Below are positions 1 through 9,378 of a stretch of DNA of 56,242 nucleotides, piece by piece. Numbering within the stretch: the first letter of the stretch is position 1; the number at the start of each line of letters is the position of its first letter. The stretch lies in assembly GCA_039589315.1 (NCBI GenBank), contig JBDHHQ010000022.1, forward strand, positions 1 through 56,242, given 5' to 3'. Under the pieces are notes generated by a model. It was not told where the DNA came from and made no database searches. It was given only the letters and a program-made list of their open reading frames with translations. The translations under genes were made by a program, and so were the position numbers. The DNA comes from Gemmatimonadota bacterium. Its GTDB lineage: Bacteria; Gemmatimonadota; Gemmatimonadetes; Longimicrobiales; Gaopeijiaceae.

Positions 1-110
1 CCAGCCACCAGGGCCCCCAGGGGACTCTCACCCCCAAGTCACTTCCCGCTCGGCTTTCGCCTCACGGTTTATCGCCCGCCTCCCGGCGGGCCGCGCCATG
101 CCTGGCGCAC
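1..110 (-). mobile_element. 5' end (domain I) of a group II intron, class IIC-like; continues beyond window edge
   Basis: Minus strand begins GTGCGCCAGGCATGGCGCG (GUGYG 5' splice consensus) and contains GGGGGTGAGAGTCCCC, resembling IIC domain I; starts 8 nt after a terminator hairpin, the known IIC target. Confidence 0.8.
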
Positions 111-147
111 AACGCAAAGCGGGCCGGAGCTGTGGGCTCCGACCCGC
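111..147 (-). terminator. Rho-independent terminator of the 2-oxoacid dehydrogenase operon
   Basis: GCGGGTCGGAGC-CCACA-GCTCCGGCCCGC hairpin followed by TTTGCGTT, 27 nt after the E2 stop. Confidence 0.75.
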
Positions 148-174
148 AAGGCCTGGTCGCGGTCCGGTCGGACC

Positions 175-1692
175 CTAGGCGTCCTCCGGAAAGCCCTCGA
201 GCATCTCCTTGAGCCGCGAAAGGTATCGCGCCGCGTCCGCACCATCGACGATGCGGTGGTCGTACCCCAGGGAGAACAGGGACCTCTTGCGGATCGAGAT
301 GGAGTCTGCGCCGGTCAGGGGATCCTCGACCACGACCACGCGCTTCTCGATGGCCCCGGTGCCGAGGATGGCGGCGGTTCCCTTTGGAATCACGGGAAGG
401 CCCACCAGCGTGCCCAGCACCCCTGGGTTGGTGATCGAGAAGGTGGCCCCCTGTATCTCGGTGGGGACCAGCTTGCGGCTACGTGCCCGCTCGGCCAGAT
501 CGATGATCTTCTTCGCCACGCCCACGAGGCTCAGATCGTCGGCGTCGTGGATGACCGGCACGATGAGACCCGGGTTCAGGTCCACCGCCATGCCGAGGTT
601 CACGTTGCCCCGGTAGATCATGTTGTTACCCGAGATCGTGGCGTTCACCATCGGGAACTCGCGGAGGGCCCTCGAGCAGGCCCAGGCCACGAACGCGGTG
701 AAGCTGACACGGGCCCCCTGCTCCGCCCACCTGGCCTTGTTCTCCCTCCGGATCTGGTCGATGCGCGAGAAGTCGATCTCGATGAAGGAGTGCACATGGG
801 GCGCCACCCGCTTGGCCACCACCATGTGCTCGGCTGTGAGTCGACGGATCTTGTCCATCGTCTCGACCGTGTCGGCCTCGCGAACCGGAAACTCGGGGTG
901 CTGTACCTGGCCGTAGAAGGTCTTCCAGAACTCCGACGGCGGCGCGGTCGGGGCGGGGGCCGCGGCGGACGGGACGGGCGCCGCCGCCGGCGTCGGCTCG
1001 GGAATCCTGGTCGTCTCCGTGGCCGTCTCGGGAGCAACCTCCGTCACGGGCGGCTGGGCCCGGCTCGCCCCGCTCTCGATGTAGTCCAGGATGTCCTGTT
1101 TGGTCACGCGGCCGGCGTGACCCGTCCCCTGGACGGCGGCGAGCGCCACCCCGTGCTCCTGGGCAATCCGCCGGACCACCGGAGTCGACCGCGTTCGCAG
1201 GCGCTCCTCGGCGGTGGCGACTCCCTCTGCCATCGCGGCCGCCCCTGCCGCGACGCCACCCTCGACCGTTGGGGCTTCCTCGGACGGCGCCGGGGCCCCG
1301 GTCGAAACGGCCACCTCGGGTGGGAATCCGGCCGGCGGTGGCGATTCTGGGGGTGCCGCCGGCGCAACGGGCACAGCTTCGGCCGCCGGTGCCTCCGGGG
1401 CCGGTGGCGTGGCAGCGGCCGGAGGGGTCTCCACCGTGGCTCCGGCCGAGGCCTCGGTGTCGACGTACGCAACCACCGTGCCCACTTCCACGGTCTCGCC
1501 CTCGGCGACCACGATCTCCACCAGGACGCCCGCCGAGGGTGAGGGGATCTCGGCATCCACCTTGTCGGTGGAGATCTCGAGTATGGGCTCGTCGCGATCG
1601 ACGGCGTCACCGACCTGCTTCAGCCACTTCGACACGGTGCCCTCAGCGATGGACTCACCCATCTGGGGCATCGGGACTTCGATCCGAGCCAC
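175..1692 (-). CDS. 2-oxoacid dehydrogenase E2, dihydrolipoamide acyltransferase
   Basis: Lipoyl domain (ISTDKVDAE), E3-binding domain (GTGHAGRVTKQD), catalytic DHRIVDG. Confidence 0.95.
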   Translation of the reverse strand: MARIEVPMPQMGESIAEGTVSKWLKQVGDAVDRDEPILEISTDKVDAEIPSPSAGVLVEIVVAEGETVEVGTVVAYVDTEASAGATVETPPAAATPPAPEAPAAEAVPVAPAAPPESPPPAGFPPEVAVSTGAPAPSEEAPTVEGGVAAGAAAMAEGVATAEERLRTRSTPVVRRIAQEHGVALAAVQGTGHAGRVTKQDILDYIESGASRAQPPVTEVAPETATETTRIPEPTPAAAPVPSAAAPAPTAPPSEFWKTFYGQVQHPEFPVREADTVETMDKIRRLTAEHMVVAKRVAPHVHSFIEIDFSRIDQIRRENKARWAEQGARVSFTAFVAWACSRALREFPMVNATISGNNMIYRGNVNLGMAVDLNPGLIVPVIHDADDLSLVGVAKKIIDLAERARSRKLVPTEIQGATFSITNPGVLGTLVGLPVIPKGTAAILGTGAIEKRVVVVEDPLTGADSISIRKRSLFSLGYDHRIVDGADAARYLSRLKEMLEGFPEDA

Positions 1693-1808
1693 GCTCGTAA
1701 CTCCAGTCTTGTTCCGGTTGGAAATCGGTGCCGTCGGCGCCAGCCGTGAGCCGGTTTCGGAGGCCCACGCACACCGCTCGCAGTCAGCCCACTCAGTTTA
1801 GATAAAGC

Positions 1809-2834
1809 TCAATACGCCGCAAGGTAGCGCGCCGCTGTCACGATGTCTGCGACCCCGGGCAGGAAGTAGTCCTCCAGTGAGCCGGAATACGGTACGGGCG
1901 CGTCGATGGACGTCACCCGCAGGATGGGGCCGTCGAGCCATTCGAATGCCTTTTCGTTGACCCGAATGGCGATCTCGCCCGCGATCCCGCCAGTTCGAGT
2001 GTCCTCGTGCACGACCAGCAGCTTCCCGGTCCGCTTCACGCTGTCGACGACGGCATCGTCGTCCATGGGTAGCAGGGTGCGGAGATCGATGACCTCCAGC
2101 TCCACGCCGTCGTCCTTGGCAAGGGTCGTCGCCGCTTCAAGCGATCGATGAACCATCATGCCGTATGTGACGACAGTGACGTCGGTTCCCGAACGAGCTA
2201 TCCGGGCCCGTCCCAGCGGGACCAGGTAGTCCTCATCGGGCAGCACTTCTCTGAGGAACGGGGCCCGGTAGAGCCCTTTGTGCTCCTCGAAGATGACTGG
2301 ATTGTCATCCCGGATCGCTGCCTTCAGCAGCCCTTTGGCGTCGTAGGCCGTGCTCGGGTAGACGATCTTGAGTCCGGGCGTGTGGAAGAAGGCCATCTCC
2401 ACGTTCTGGGAGTGGAACGGACCCCCTCGATTGCCTCCACCCACGGGGCCCCGGACCACCAGCGGCATCGGACCGCTGCCTCGGTAGAGTGATGTAGCGA
2501 TGTAGTTGGTGAGGACGTCGTAGGCAGGTGAGATGAAGTCCATGAACTGCATCTCCACGACCGGACGCAGGCCCATGTGGGCCGCGCCCGCGGCAGCGCC
2601 CGTGAACCCGCCCTCCGCAATGGGCGTGTCGATGACCCGACCCGCGCCGAAGTGCTCGAGGAATCCGCGCGTCACCTTGAAGGCCCCGCCGTAGACGCCG
2701 ATGTCCTCGCCCATGAGGAAGACGCGCTCGTCCCCCTCCATCTCCTCGAACAGGGCTTCGCTGATGGCCTCCAGCAGCGTGACTTCCTCGCGCCGCCGCG
2801 TCTTGGTCAGGTGCTCCGGGCTCAATTCGGACAA
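1809..2834 (-). CDS. 2-oxoacid dehydrogenase E1 beta subunit
   Basis: GEDIGVYGGAF, DTPIAE, GPFHSQ motifs; start moved to TTG 2834 after GGAGG. Confidence 0.93.
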   Translation of the reverse strand: MSELSPEHLTKTRRREEVTLLEAISEALFEEMEGDERVFLMGEDIGVYGGAFKVTRGFLEHFGAGRVIDTPIAEGGFTGAAAGAAHMGLRPVVEMQFMDFISPAYDVLTNYIATSLYRGSGPMPLVVRGPVGGGNRGGPFHSQNVEMAFFHTPGLKIVYPSTAYDAKGLLKAAIRDDNPVIFEEHKGLYRAPFLREVLPDEDYLVPLGRARIARSGTDVTVVTYGMMVHRSLEAATTLAKDDGVELEVIDLRTLLPMDDDAVVDSVKRTGKLLVVHEDTRTGGIAGEIAIRVNEKAFEWLDGPILRVTSIDAPVPYSGSLEDYFLPGVADIVTAARYLAAY

Positions 2835-2859
2835 GGCTCCTCCGTTGGAGCTGCGGATG

Positions 2860-3909
2860 CTACGGGCCTGCCGATGCTGGCGGTCGTCGCGTCCACGGCG
2901 AGGGAGTGGAGAGATCGGTGTAGACCTGCTCGAGGGCCGTGGCGCCGTCGGGCAGGGGTTCGTCGATGGCCTGGCTCGCGGCCTCGCGAGCCACGTCGAA
3001 CGCCCGCTCGGCCAAGCCGTCGAGCTGCCCGCTCCGGGCCCACCCCGCGTCGAGGAGCCGCCCGCGAAACTGCATGATCGGGTCCCTTTCCTCCCACGCC
3101 TGGATCTCCTCTGGCGGTACGTAGTCCTGGGGGTCATGCTGGGCGTGTCCCCTACGCCGGAAGTAGCGCAGCTCGATCAGGGTAGTCCCCTCCCCCGTTC
3201 GGGCCCGATCCGCGGCCCGTTTGACCGCCTCGTAGACCGCAATGACGTCCGTGCCGTCCACCGACTCTGCTGCGATGCCGTATCCGGGGGCCTTCTCGGC
3301 GAAGCTGCCCAGGCGCGTCTGCTTCCTCGTGGGCGTGGAAAAGGCCCATTGGTTGGCCTCGACCATGAGGATCATGGGACACCTCTGCACGGCCGCGAAG
3401 TTCAGACCTTCGTGCCAAGCACCCGTGGACGAGGCACCGTCGCCGTAGAAGACCATGCCGACCCTGGCCTGGCCGCGCAGGCGGAAGGAAAGGGTGATCC
3501 CCGCCATGATCTCCACCATGGTACCCAGGGGAGAGACCGGTGCCAGCAGGCCGCGCTGGAAGTCGGTCCAGTGGACGTTGGCCTCCTTGCCTCCGGTCGG
3601 GCTGGTGCCGCGGGCCAGGTACTGGCGGAAATACTCGAGAGGTGTGCCGTGGAACAGGAACACGGCGCCCGTAGCCCGGACCGTCTGGCCCAACACGTCA
3701 CCTGTGCCGTCGGTGCGCCGGCGCAAGGCATAGGCAGCCCCCACACATCCGGCCTCCTGACCGAGGCTGCGATAGACGCCCCCACCGACGTGTCCCTGCT
3801 TGAACAGGACTTCGAGGCGTTCTTCGGCGGCCCGGGCCAGGACCATGCCGTAGAAGAGCTTCAGGAGGTCGCCCGTCGTGAGGTCCGAGACCAGCGCCTC
3901 TTGGCTCAA
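2860..3909 (-). CDS. 2-oxoacid dehydrogenase E1 alpha subunit (TPP-dependent)
   Basis: GDGASSTG...EANQWAFS TPP motif; RRRGHAQHD. Confidence 0.93.
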   Translation of the reverse strand: MSQEALVSDLTTGDLLKLFYGMVLARAAEERLEVLFKQGHVGGGVYRSLGQEAGCVGAAYALRRRTDGTGDVLGQTVRATGAVFLFHGTPLEYFRQYLARGTSPTGGKEANVHWTDFQRGLLAPVSPLGTMVEIMAGITLSFRLRGQARVGMVFYGDGASSTGAWHEGLNFAAVQRCPMILMVEANQWAFSTPTRKQTRLGSFAEKAPGYGIAAESVDGTDVIAVYEAVKRAADRARTGEGTTLIELRYFRRRGHAQHDPQDYVPPEEIQAWEERDPIMQFRGRLLDAGWARSGQLDGLAERAFDVAREAASQAIDEPLPDGATALEQVYTDLSTPSPWTRRPPASAGP

Positions 3910-3937
3910 GGGGATGGGAGCTTAGTGCGGTGCCACA

Positions 3938-4324
3938 CTAGTTGCCGTCGTTGCTCTCATTGCCGTCGTTGCCCTCACCGGGAGGCGGGGGCGGCTCCCC
4001 TTCGCCAACCTCCTCCAGGCCGGGCAGAACAGGCTCCGGCGCAGTCGCGGGAGCCGGCGTATCCACCCGGAGAATCGACTCTGGCTGGGCGCTCCGGGAC
4101 GAGAGGATGGAGAGGACCAGGGCGAGAACCATGAAGATGGTTCCGGAGACCCAGGTCGCCCGGGTGAGCACCGTAGTGGCCTGACGCCCGCCCAGGATCC
4201 CGTCGGTGGCGGCCGCCCCTCCACCGAGCGCGGCGAGGCCGCCGCCCTTTCCGGACTGGAGGAGCACGACGGTCATCAGAAAGAGTCCGTCGAGTACGAG
4301 CAGGGTCAGCAAGAATCCGTACAT
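3938..4324 (-). CDS. secG: Preprotein translocase subunit SecG
   Basis: VLLQSGKGGGLA motif, two TM helices, follows tpiA. Confidence 0.92.
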   Translation of the reverse strand: MYGFLLTLLVLDGLFLMTVVLLQSGKGGGLAALGGGAAATDGILGGRQATTVLTRATWVSGTIFMVLALVLSILSSRSAQPESILRVDTPAPATAPEPVLPGLEEVGEGEPPPPPGEGNDGNESNDGN

Positions 4325-4403
4325 AGCCAGCTTTTCGAGCGTTTAGATGACAGCGGATAAACGTCATCTCCCACTCGAGCTGTGTCAACCCGCCTGGGGC
4401 CTC

Positions 4404-5153
4404 TCAGGCGGCCTCCACGATGCTCGCGAACGAGTGCGGATCGAGGCTGGCGCCACCGACGAGGACACCGGTGACGGCGGGCGCGGCCAGGAGCTCCGCG
4501 GCGTTGTCGGGTTTCACGCTGCCTCCGTAGAGGACCGGCACCTGGTTGCCGCGGTCGGCGCCCAATAGCCCCTCGAGCCGGGCCACGAGGAGGCGGTGGG
4601 CGTGGGATGCATCCTCGGGTGTCGCCGTCTCGCCAGTACCGATGGCCCAGACGGGCTCGTACGCCACGAGCAGGGGCGCCGCAGGAATACCTGCCACGGG
4701 AGCCACGCCGGTCTCGAGCTGTCCGAGGATCACCTGCTCCAACCGTCCCTCCTGCCGCTCCGTGAGCGTCTCTCCCACGCACAGCACGGGGATCAGCCCC
4801 GTATCGAGTGCGCGCTGGACCTTGCGGGCCGTGTCCTCGTTGGTCTCGCCGAACACGTGGCGGCGCTCGGAATGGCCCACCAGCACGTGGCTGGCGCCGG
4901 CGTCGGCTGCCATCGCCGCCGACGTCTCCCCGGTGAAGGCCCCCTTCTCCTCCCAGTGGATGTTCTGGACCCCTAGCCCCATGCCGGGGCGGTCGGCCAG
5001 GCACTCCGCCGCTGCGGCGAGGGAGGCTGCCGGTGGGAAGAACAGGATCGTGACGGCGTCCGGGTCGGCCCGAGGCGCGAATCCCTCGAAGAACGACCGG
5101 GTGTCGGAAGGCCCCTTGTGCATCTTCCAGTTGCCCGCGATCACCGGCCTCAT
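4404..5153 (-). CDS. tpiA: Triosephosphate isomerase
   Basis: AGNWKMH, GHSERR, AYEPVWAIGTG, LVGGASL; ATG overlaps pgk stop. Confidence 0.97.
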   Translation of the reverse strand: MRPVIAGNWKMHKGPSDTRSFFEGFAPRADPDAVTILFFPPAASLAAAAECLADRPGMGLGVQNIHWEEKGAFTGETSAAMAADAGASHVLVGHSERRHVFGETNEDTARKVQRALDTGLIPVLCVGETLTERQEGRLEQVILGQLETGVAPVAGIPAAPLLVAYEPVWAIGTGETATPEDASHAHRLLVARLEGLLGADRGNQVPVLYGGSVKPDNAAELLAAPAVTGVLVGGASLDPHSFASIVEAA

Positions 5154-6370
5154 TGGCTGCCTCCAGAGTCCGAGAGGGCTTCGACGCCCGGCAGGAGCGC
5201 CCCGGCCAGAAACTCCAGGCTGGCGCCACCTCCGGTCGAGACGTGGGTCAGCCGATCCGTCACGCCCGCGGCCTCGGCCGCAGCCGCCGAATCGCCTCCC
5301 CCCAGGATCGTGGTAGCTCCATGGTCGGTGGCCTCCGCCGCCGCGCGGGCCACGACCATGGTGCCCTCGCTGAAGGGCGCCATCTCGAACACCCCCATGG
5401 GACCGTTCCACAGCACGGTGGCCGCTCCCCGCACCACCTCGGCGTACAGCGCGCGGGTGGCCGGCCCGATGTCCGCGATGAGATCATCCTCGCCGACCTC
5501 CGTGCGGTCGACCACGCGGGTGTCGGCGTCTTCCGCGATGCGATGGGCCACCACGCAATCGACCGGAAGGAGGATCCGCTCGCCTCCGTCACGGAGCACA
5601 CCTCCCGCCACGGACACCCGGTCGTGCTCGACCAAGGACTCGCCCACCTCCACACCCATGGCCAGGAAGAAGGTGTTGGCCATGGCCCCCCCGATCAGGA
5701 GCCGGTCCACCCGCGGTATGAGCGCGTCGATCACGTCGATCTTGCCCGAGATCTTGGCGCCCCCGATCACGGCGACGAACGGGCGTTCCGGGTCTGTCAG
5801 GGCCTGTCCCAGGAACCGGAGCTCCCGCTCCATTAGAAACCCGGCAACGGCCGGCCCGCCGTCCTCGCGAATGACCGCGGCGACGCCGGCGGTCGAGGCG
5901 TGGGCCCGGTGAGCGGCGCCGAAGGCGTCGTTCACGTAGACGTCGCCCAACGCGCCCAAGGCTTCGGCCAGCCCGGGATCGTTGTCGGTCTCACCGGGAA
6001 GGAAGCGCGTGTTTTCCAGGATCAGAACCCCCCCGGCCGGGGTGTCCGCGATGCGCCGCCGCGCCTCCTCCCCGACGGTTTCGGTGGAGAAGCCGACCGG
6101 CTGGCCGAGGAGCTCGCCGAGGCGCTCAGCCGTGGGGCGGAGCGAGAGGGAGGGATCCGGCCTCCCCTTGGGCCGCCCGAGGTGTGCGAGCAGCACGACG
6201 CGCGCCCCGGCCTCGGTCAGATACCGGATAGTGGGCAGCGTGGCACGAATCCGCGTGTCGTCCGCGACGCGCCCCTCGGTATCGAGGGGAACGTTGTAGT
6301 CGACGCGCACGAGAGCCGTGCGGCCGGAGAGCTCGGTGGGGGAGAGCTCCTCGAGGGTCTTCTTGCTCAT
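5150..6370 (-). CDS. pgk: Phosphoglycerate kinase
   Basis: RVDYNVP, HLGRPKG, NDAFGAAHRAH, STGGGASL. Confidence 0.97.
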   Translation of the reverse strand: MSKKTLEELSPTELSGRTALVRVDYNVPLDTEGRVADDTRIRATLPTIRYLTEAGARVVLLAHLGRPKGRPDPSLSLRPTAERLGELLGQPVGFSTETVGEEARRRIADTPAGGVLILENTRFLPGETDNDPGLAEALGALGDVYVNDAFGAAHRAHASTAGVAAVIREDGGPAVAGFLMERELRFLGQALTDPERPFVAVIGGAKISGKIDVIDALIPRVDRLLIGGAMANTFFLAMGVEVGESLVEHDRVSVAGGVLRDGGERILLPVDCVVAHRIAEDADTRVVDRTEVGEDDLIADIGPATRALYAEVVRGAATVLWNGPMGVFEMAPFSEGTMVVARAAAEATDHGATTILGGGDSAAAAEAAGVTDRLTHVSTGGGASLEFLAGALLPGVEALSDSGGSQ

Positions 6371-6456
6371 TTCGTGAAGTCGGTCGGTGCGCTGTGGGGG
6401 AGGACGCGGTGCCGCCGGATCTGTGTCAGGCGGAAAGCGCTCTCATGGCGGGGCGC

Positions 6457-6485
6457 ATAATACGGAGGCCTCTCCGGGGCCACAA
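6457..6485 (-). promoter_or_regulatory. Putative sigma70 promoter for pgk-tpiA-secG
   Basis: TTGTGG-N17-TATTAT upstream of pgk. Confidence 0.5.
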
Positions 6486-6511
6486 TGAACTCGCCCCGAG
6501 CCTGCGCCGGC

Positions 6512-9367
6512 TCAGCGCACGTCGATGGCTCTGGCCGCCTCCAGGACACCGCCGGCTCCACCGAGGGCGGCCCTGACCCGTAAGAGATAGGATCCTCGCT
6601 CGAGGCCCGAGAGGTCCGCGGTGGCATACTCCGGCACGACGGCCCCGCTTCGGCGCACCCGCTGCCAGGTCTCGCGGAACTCGAGCTCTCCGGCGGGCTT
6701 CAGGGGAATGACCTGGAGCGCCCGGGAGTCGAGGCTCTCGACCTCGGCCGAGAGGCGGTAGGTGGCCTCGTCATTGCTCAGACCGTAGAGCTCGAAGACG
6801 ACGCCACCCAACTCTCCCTGAAAGATGTCGGGGCTGGTGGCCGCCTCGATGATGGAGGACGTGCGGTTCGCGTCGGCGGGTGAGAAGGGGGCGACGGGCT
6901 CGACGAGCAACAGATCCGAGATCGTGGGAGCCCCGGCGGGGTCGGCGTCCCGGGACACCGGCACCTCCAGCCGAGCTGCCCGATTCGATCCGGGATGGAA
7001 CACCTCCAGGACCACCCGATCCGACGTCGCGGTCGGGACAGCCGACAGATGGATGGCCACGGGCTCCGCCGACATGCGCCGACGTGTGACGACCCATCTC
7101 TCGCCGGCCGGTCCCGTCAGGTACAGGCCGATCTCGAGGCTGTCCCGAGGGCCGGTCGCAAGGTCGCTCGGGATCCGAGCGTGGAGCTCGACCTCGAGGG
7201 ACCCGAGCTCCTCGCCGCGGAACCGAGCCATCTGGCTCACCATGGGTAATGTCCTGCCCCTCCCGGTGTCGTACCGGTGGGGGAAGACGTCCATCAACTC
7301 CTCGACGTAGGCGCGGCCCTCCGGGGTGAGCTCCAGGCTCCACGAAGCCGCGGGCCTGAGGAACGTGACATCCGGCCCGGGTCCATAATCCCAGAACACG
7401 GTGCGCAGGCCGGCGCCGTTCCGGAACGTCCGCACGCGATCGGGACGTCCGTACCGAATCCACACCCGGCCCGCGTCCGTCTCGGGACTGCCGAAGCGGA
7501 GGTGGGCGTATGTGGCCCGGGCGAGATGCTCGACCTCCCGTTCGTTGACGGGCGTGGCCAGGAGCGGGTCCAGCGGCGCCCAGAAGCGGCGCTCCATCTC
7601 CGAACGCCCCACGGCGGCCGCCGGCGCCGACACTCCCAGGCCCGTGCGACCCAGGAGCGGCCCCACGTCACGGAGCGCTGCCACCTCTTCCCCGGGGAGC
7701 CGCTGCAGGGCCAAGCTGAACTGGGTCTCCGCCTCCTCGGACCGGCCCAGGCGATGGAGTGCCAGGCCAGTGAGAAGCAGCGCGTTGGGATCACCGCCGG
7801 ACGCCAGGGCGAATCGCTGGGCACCGTCCAGCACCTCCTCGAGCGCGCCGGCGTCGGCCATGTCCAGAAGCAGCTCCACGTTCGCTCCCACGTGGCCCGG
7901 ATTGAGCTCCACAGCCGCCAGGTACGAGCGGGTCATCTCGTCCCTGACCGAGTGCTTGAGAGGCTCGAGCTCCTCCAAACGATCCTGTAGCAGGGCGTCG
8001 AACTGAGGCGGACATAGGTAGTTCCAGGCGATCAGCACCCCGGCGCTCGCATAGGTCCCCCCGGGCTCACCGGCGGATGCCCTCTCGCATCGGCCCGCGC
8101 CCACGGCCATGCGATGGATCTGCCCGAGGTCCATCCAGGGGAGCCATTCCTCGGCGAGGATCTGGCCGTGCTCGAAATACAGGTCGGCCACGACGCTGGC
8201 CGGAACCGGAACGCCACTGTTCTCCGCCCTGTCGATGCCCCGCTCGAACAGACGGCGGGCGTCGACCCGGAGGCCTTGCCTACGTCGGATTCTGCCAAGA
8301 GCCAGGAAGGGCGCCGGATTGTCGGGATCCCGGCGGATGGCCTCGTCCAGGACCTCCGCAGCCTCGTTACGCCATCGCAGCGGCATCGCCGACTCGGGCG
8401 CTTCCCCGCTGAGCAAACCCTCCAACGAGCCCCAGCGCTCCTCCACTGTGCGGTCATCGCCCATGGCCTCCCTCAAGAGATCGACCTGAGCCATCTCCTC
8501 CGCGGGTGTCACCCCACCTCCTCCAGCCGTCAACCATTCGGGCACCACATCCAGCTCGCTGACGCTGGGAGCCGCGGGCTGGTCTACCGGCACGACCGCA
8601 GGCAGACGCGCGTCACCCTCGGCCGGGGCGACTTCGAACCGCACGTCGAACTGCAGCCAGCTGCCGACCGGCTCGCCGAACCGGCGGGCGGGCTCGAACT
8701 CGAGATACGGCGCGGCGGCGATGGCTGCCCGATCGAGGGCGGCGAGGCCGGAGGAGTCGCCGACGCGCGTCTCTTCCACACGACCCGTCGAGTCGACCCA
8801 CAGAAGCAGCCGGACTACTCCACCGATCCCGTCAGCCTGCAACTCGGCCGGGTAGAGGCTCTCCACCAGCTCTTCGACCCGGACTCGGTTCCGCAGCTCC
8901 GGAAAGGTGATGGGCGCCGCGGTAGAAGCGCCGGGTTCCACGCCCAGGCGAACCAAGCGCGGGGGCGGTTGGACGACGGCGTCGGTGTCGGAGAAGCGCT
9001 CGGGCGAACCGAGTACCGGCTCTTCCACCTCGATCTCGGGCACGGGCAGCGCATCGGGGGAGAGGCGCAGTGCCTCCGTGGCCTCCACTTGCACCCGGGT
9101 GAGAAAACGTGTCAGCGCACCCCTGGCAGGAGGCACGGCGAGCGTGCCCAGGAAGAGGGCGGTAATCCCCGCCGCAACGAGCCGACGCGTGACGCCGCGG
9201 CCAGGTCGCCTCGCCTCGAGGCGGGCCCGTTCGGCAACGAGCTCGGACGCCAGCTCCACCCCGAAAGAGGCTCGCTCCTCGATCCGGATGCCGGCGAGCT
9301 CGCGGTCGAGCTCGGCCAGATCCGGGGGGAGCCCAGGGTCTCCGGGTGGGTCGGGTCGATCGGTCAT
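6512..9367 (-). CDS. Membrane-anchored protein: anti-sigma-like N-terminus, TM helix, TonB C-terminal domain, TPR-like repeats, GWxTD-like domain
   Basis: TM LVAAGITALFLGTLAVP; TonB_C YPAELQADGIGGVVRLLLWVDSTGRV...SSGLAALDRAA; ETDAGRVWIRYGRPD; follows ECF sigma. Confidence 0.75.
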   Translation of the reverse strand: MTDRPDPPGDPGLPPDLAELDRELAGIRIEERASFGVELASELVAERARLEARRPGRGVTRRLVAAGITALFLGTLAVPPARGALTRFLTRVQVEATEALRLSPDALPVPEIEVEEPVLGSPERFSDTDAVVQPPPRLVRLGVEPGASTAAPITFPELRNRVRVEELVESLYPAELQADGIGGVVRLLLWVDSTGRVEETRVGDSSGLAALDRAAIAAAPYLEFEPARRFGEPVGSWLQFDVRFEVAPAEGDARLPAVVPVDQPAAPSVSELDVVPEWLTAGGGGVTPAEEMAQVDLLREAMGDDRTVEERWGSLEGLLSGEAPESAMPLRWRNEAAEVLDEAIRRDPDNPAPFLALGRIRRRQGLRVDARRLFERGIDRAENSGVPVPASVVADLYFEHGQILAEEWLPWMDLGQIHRMAVGAGRCERASAGEPGGTYASAGVLIAWNYLCPPQFDALLQDRLEELEPLKHSVRDEMTRSYLAAVELNPGHVGANVELLLDMADAGALEEVLDGAQRFALASGGDPNALLLTGLALHRLGRSEEAETQFSLALQRLPGEEVAALRDVGPLLGRTGLGVSAPAAAVGRSEMERRFWAPLDPLLATPVNEREVEHLARATYAHLRFGSPETDAGRVWIRYGRPDRVRTFRNGAGLRTVFWDYGPGPDVTFLRPAASWSLELTPEGRAYVEELMDVFPHRYDTGRGRTLPMVSQMARFRGEELGSLEVELHARIPSDLATGPRDSLEIGLYLTGPAGERWVVTRRRMSAEPVAIHLSAVPTATSDRVVLEVFHPGSNRAARLEVPVSRDADPAGAPTISDLLLVEPVAPFSPADANRTSSIIEAATSPDIFQGELGGVVFELYGLSNDEATYRLSAEVESLDSRALQVIPLKPAGELEFRETWQRVRRSGAVVPEYATADLSGLERGSYLLRVRAALGGAGGVLEAARAIDVR

Positions 9368-9378
9368 CGGTATCTTCT

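Noticed and set aside
2835..3137. N-terminal extension of E1 beta in the ORF track
   Set aside because: Overlaps E1 alpha in another frame, has Arg/Ser-rich shadow composition, and an RBS plus TTG exists at 2834
3910..3937. tRNA-Leu often found after secG
   Set aside because: Only 28 nt available; no cloverleaf or T-loop motif
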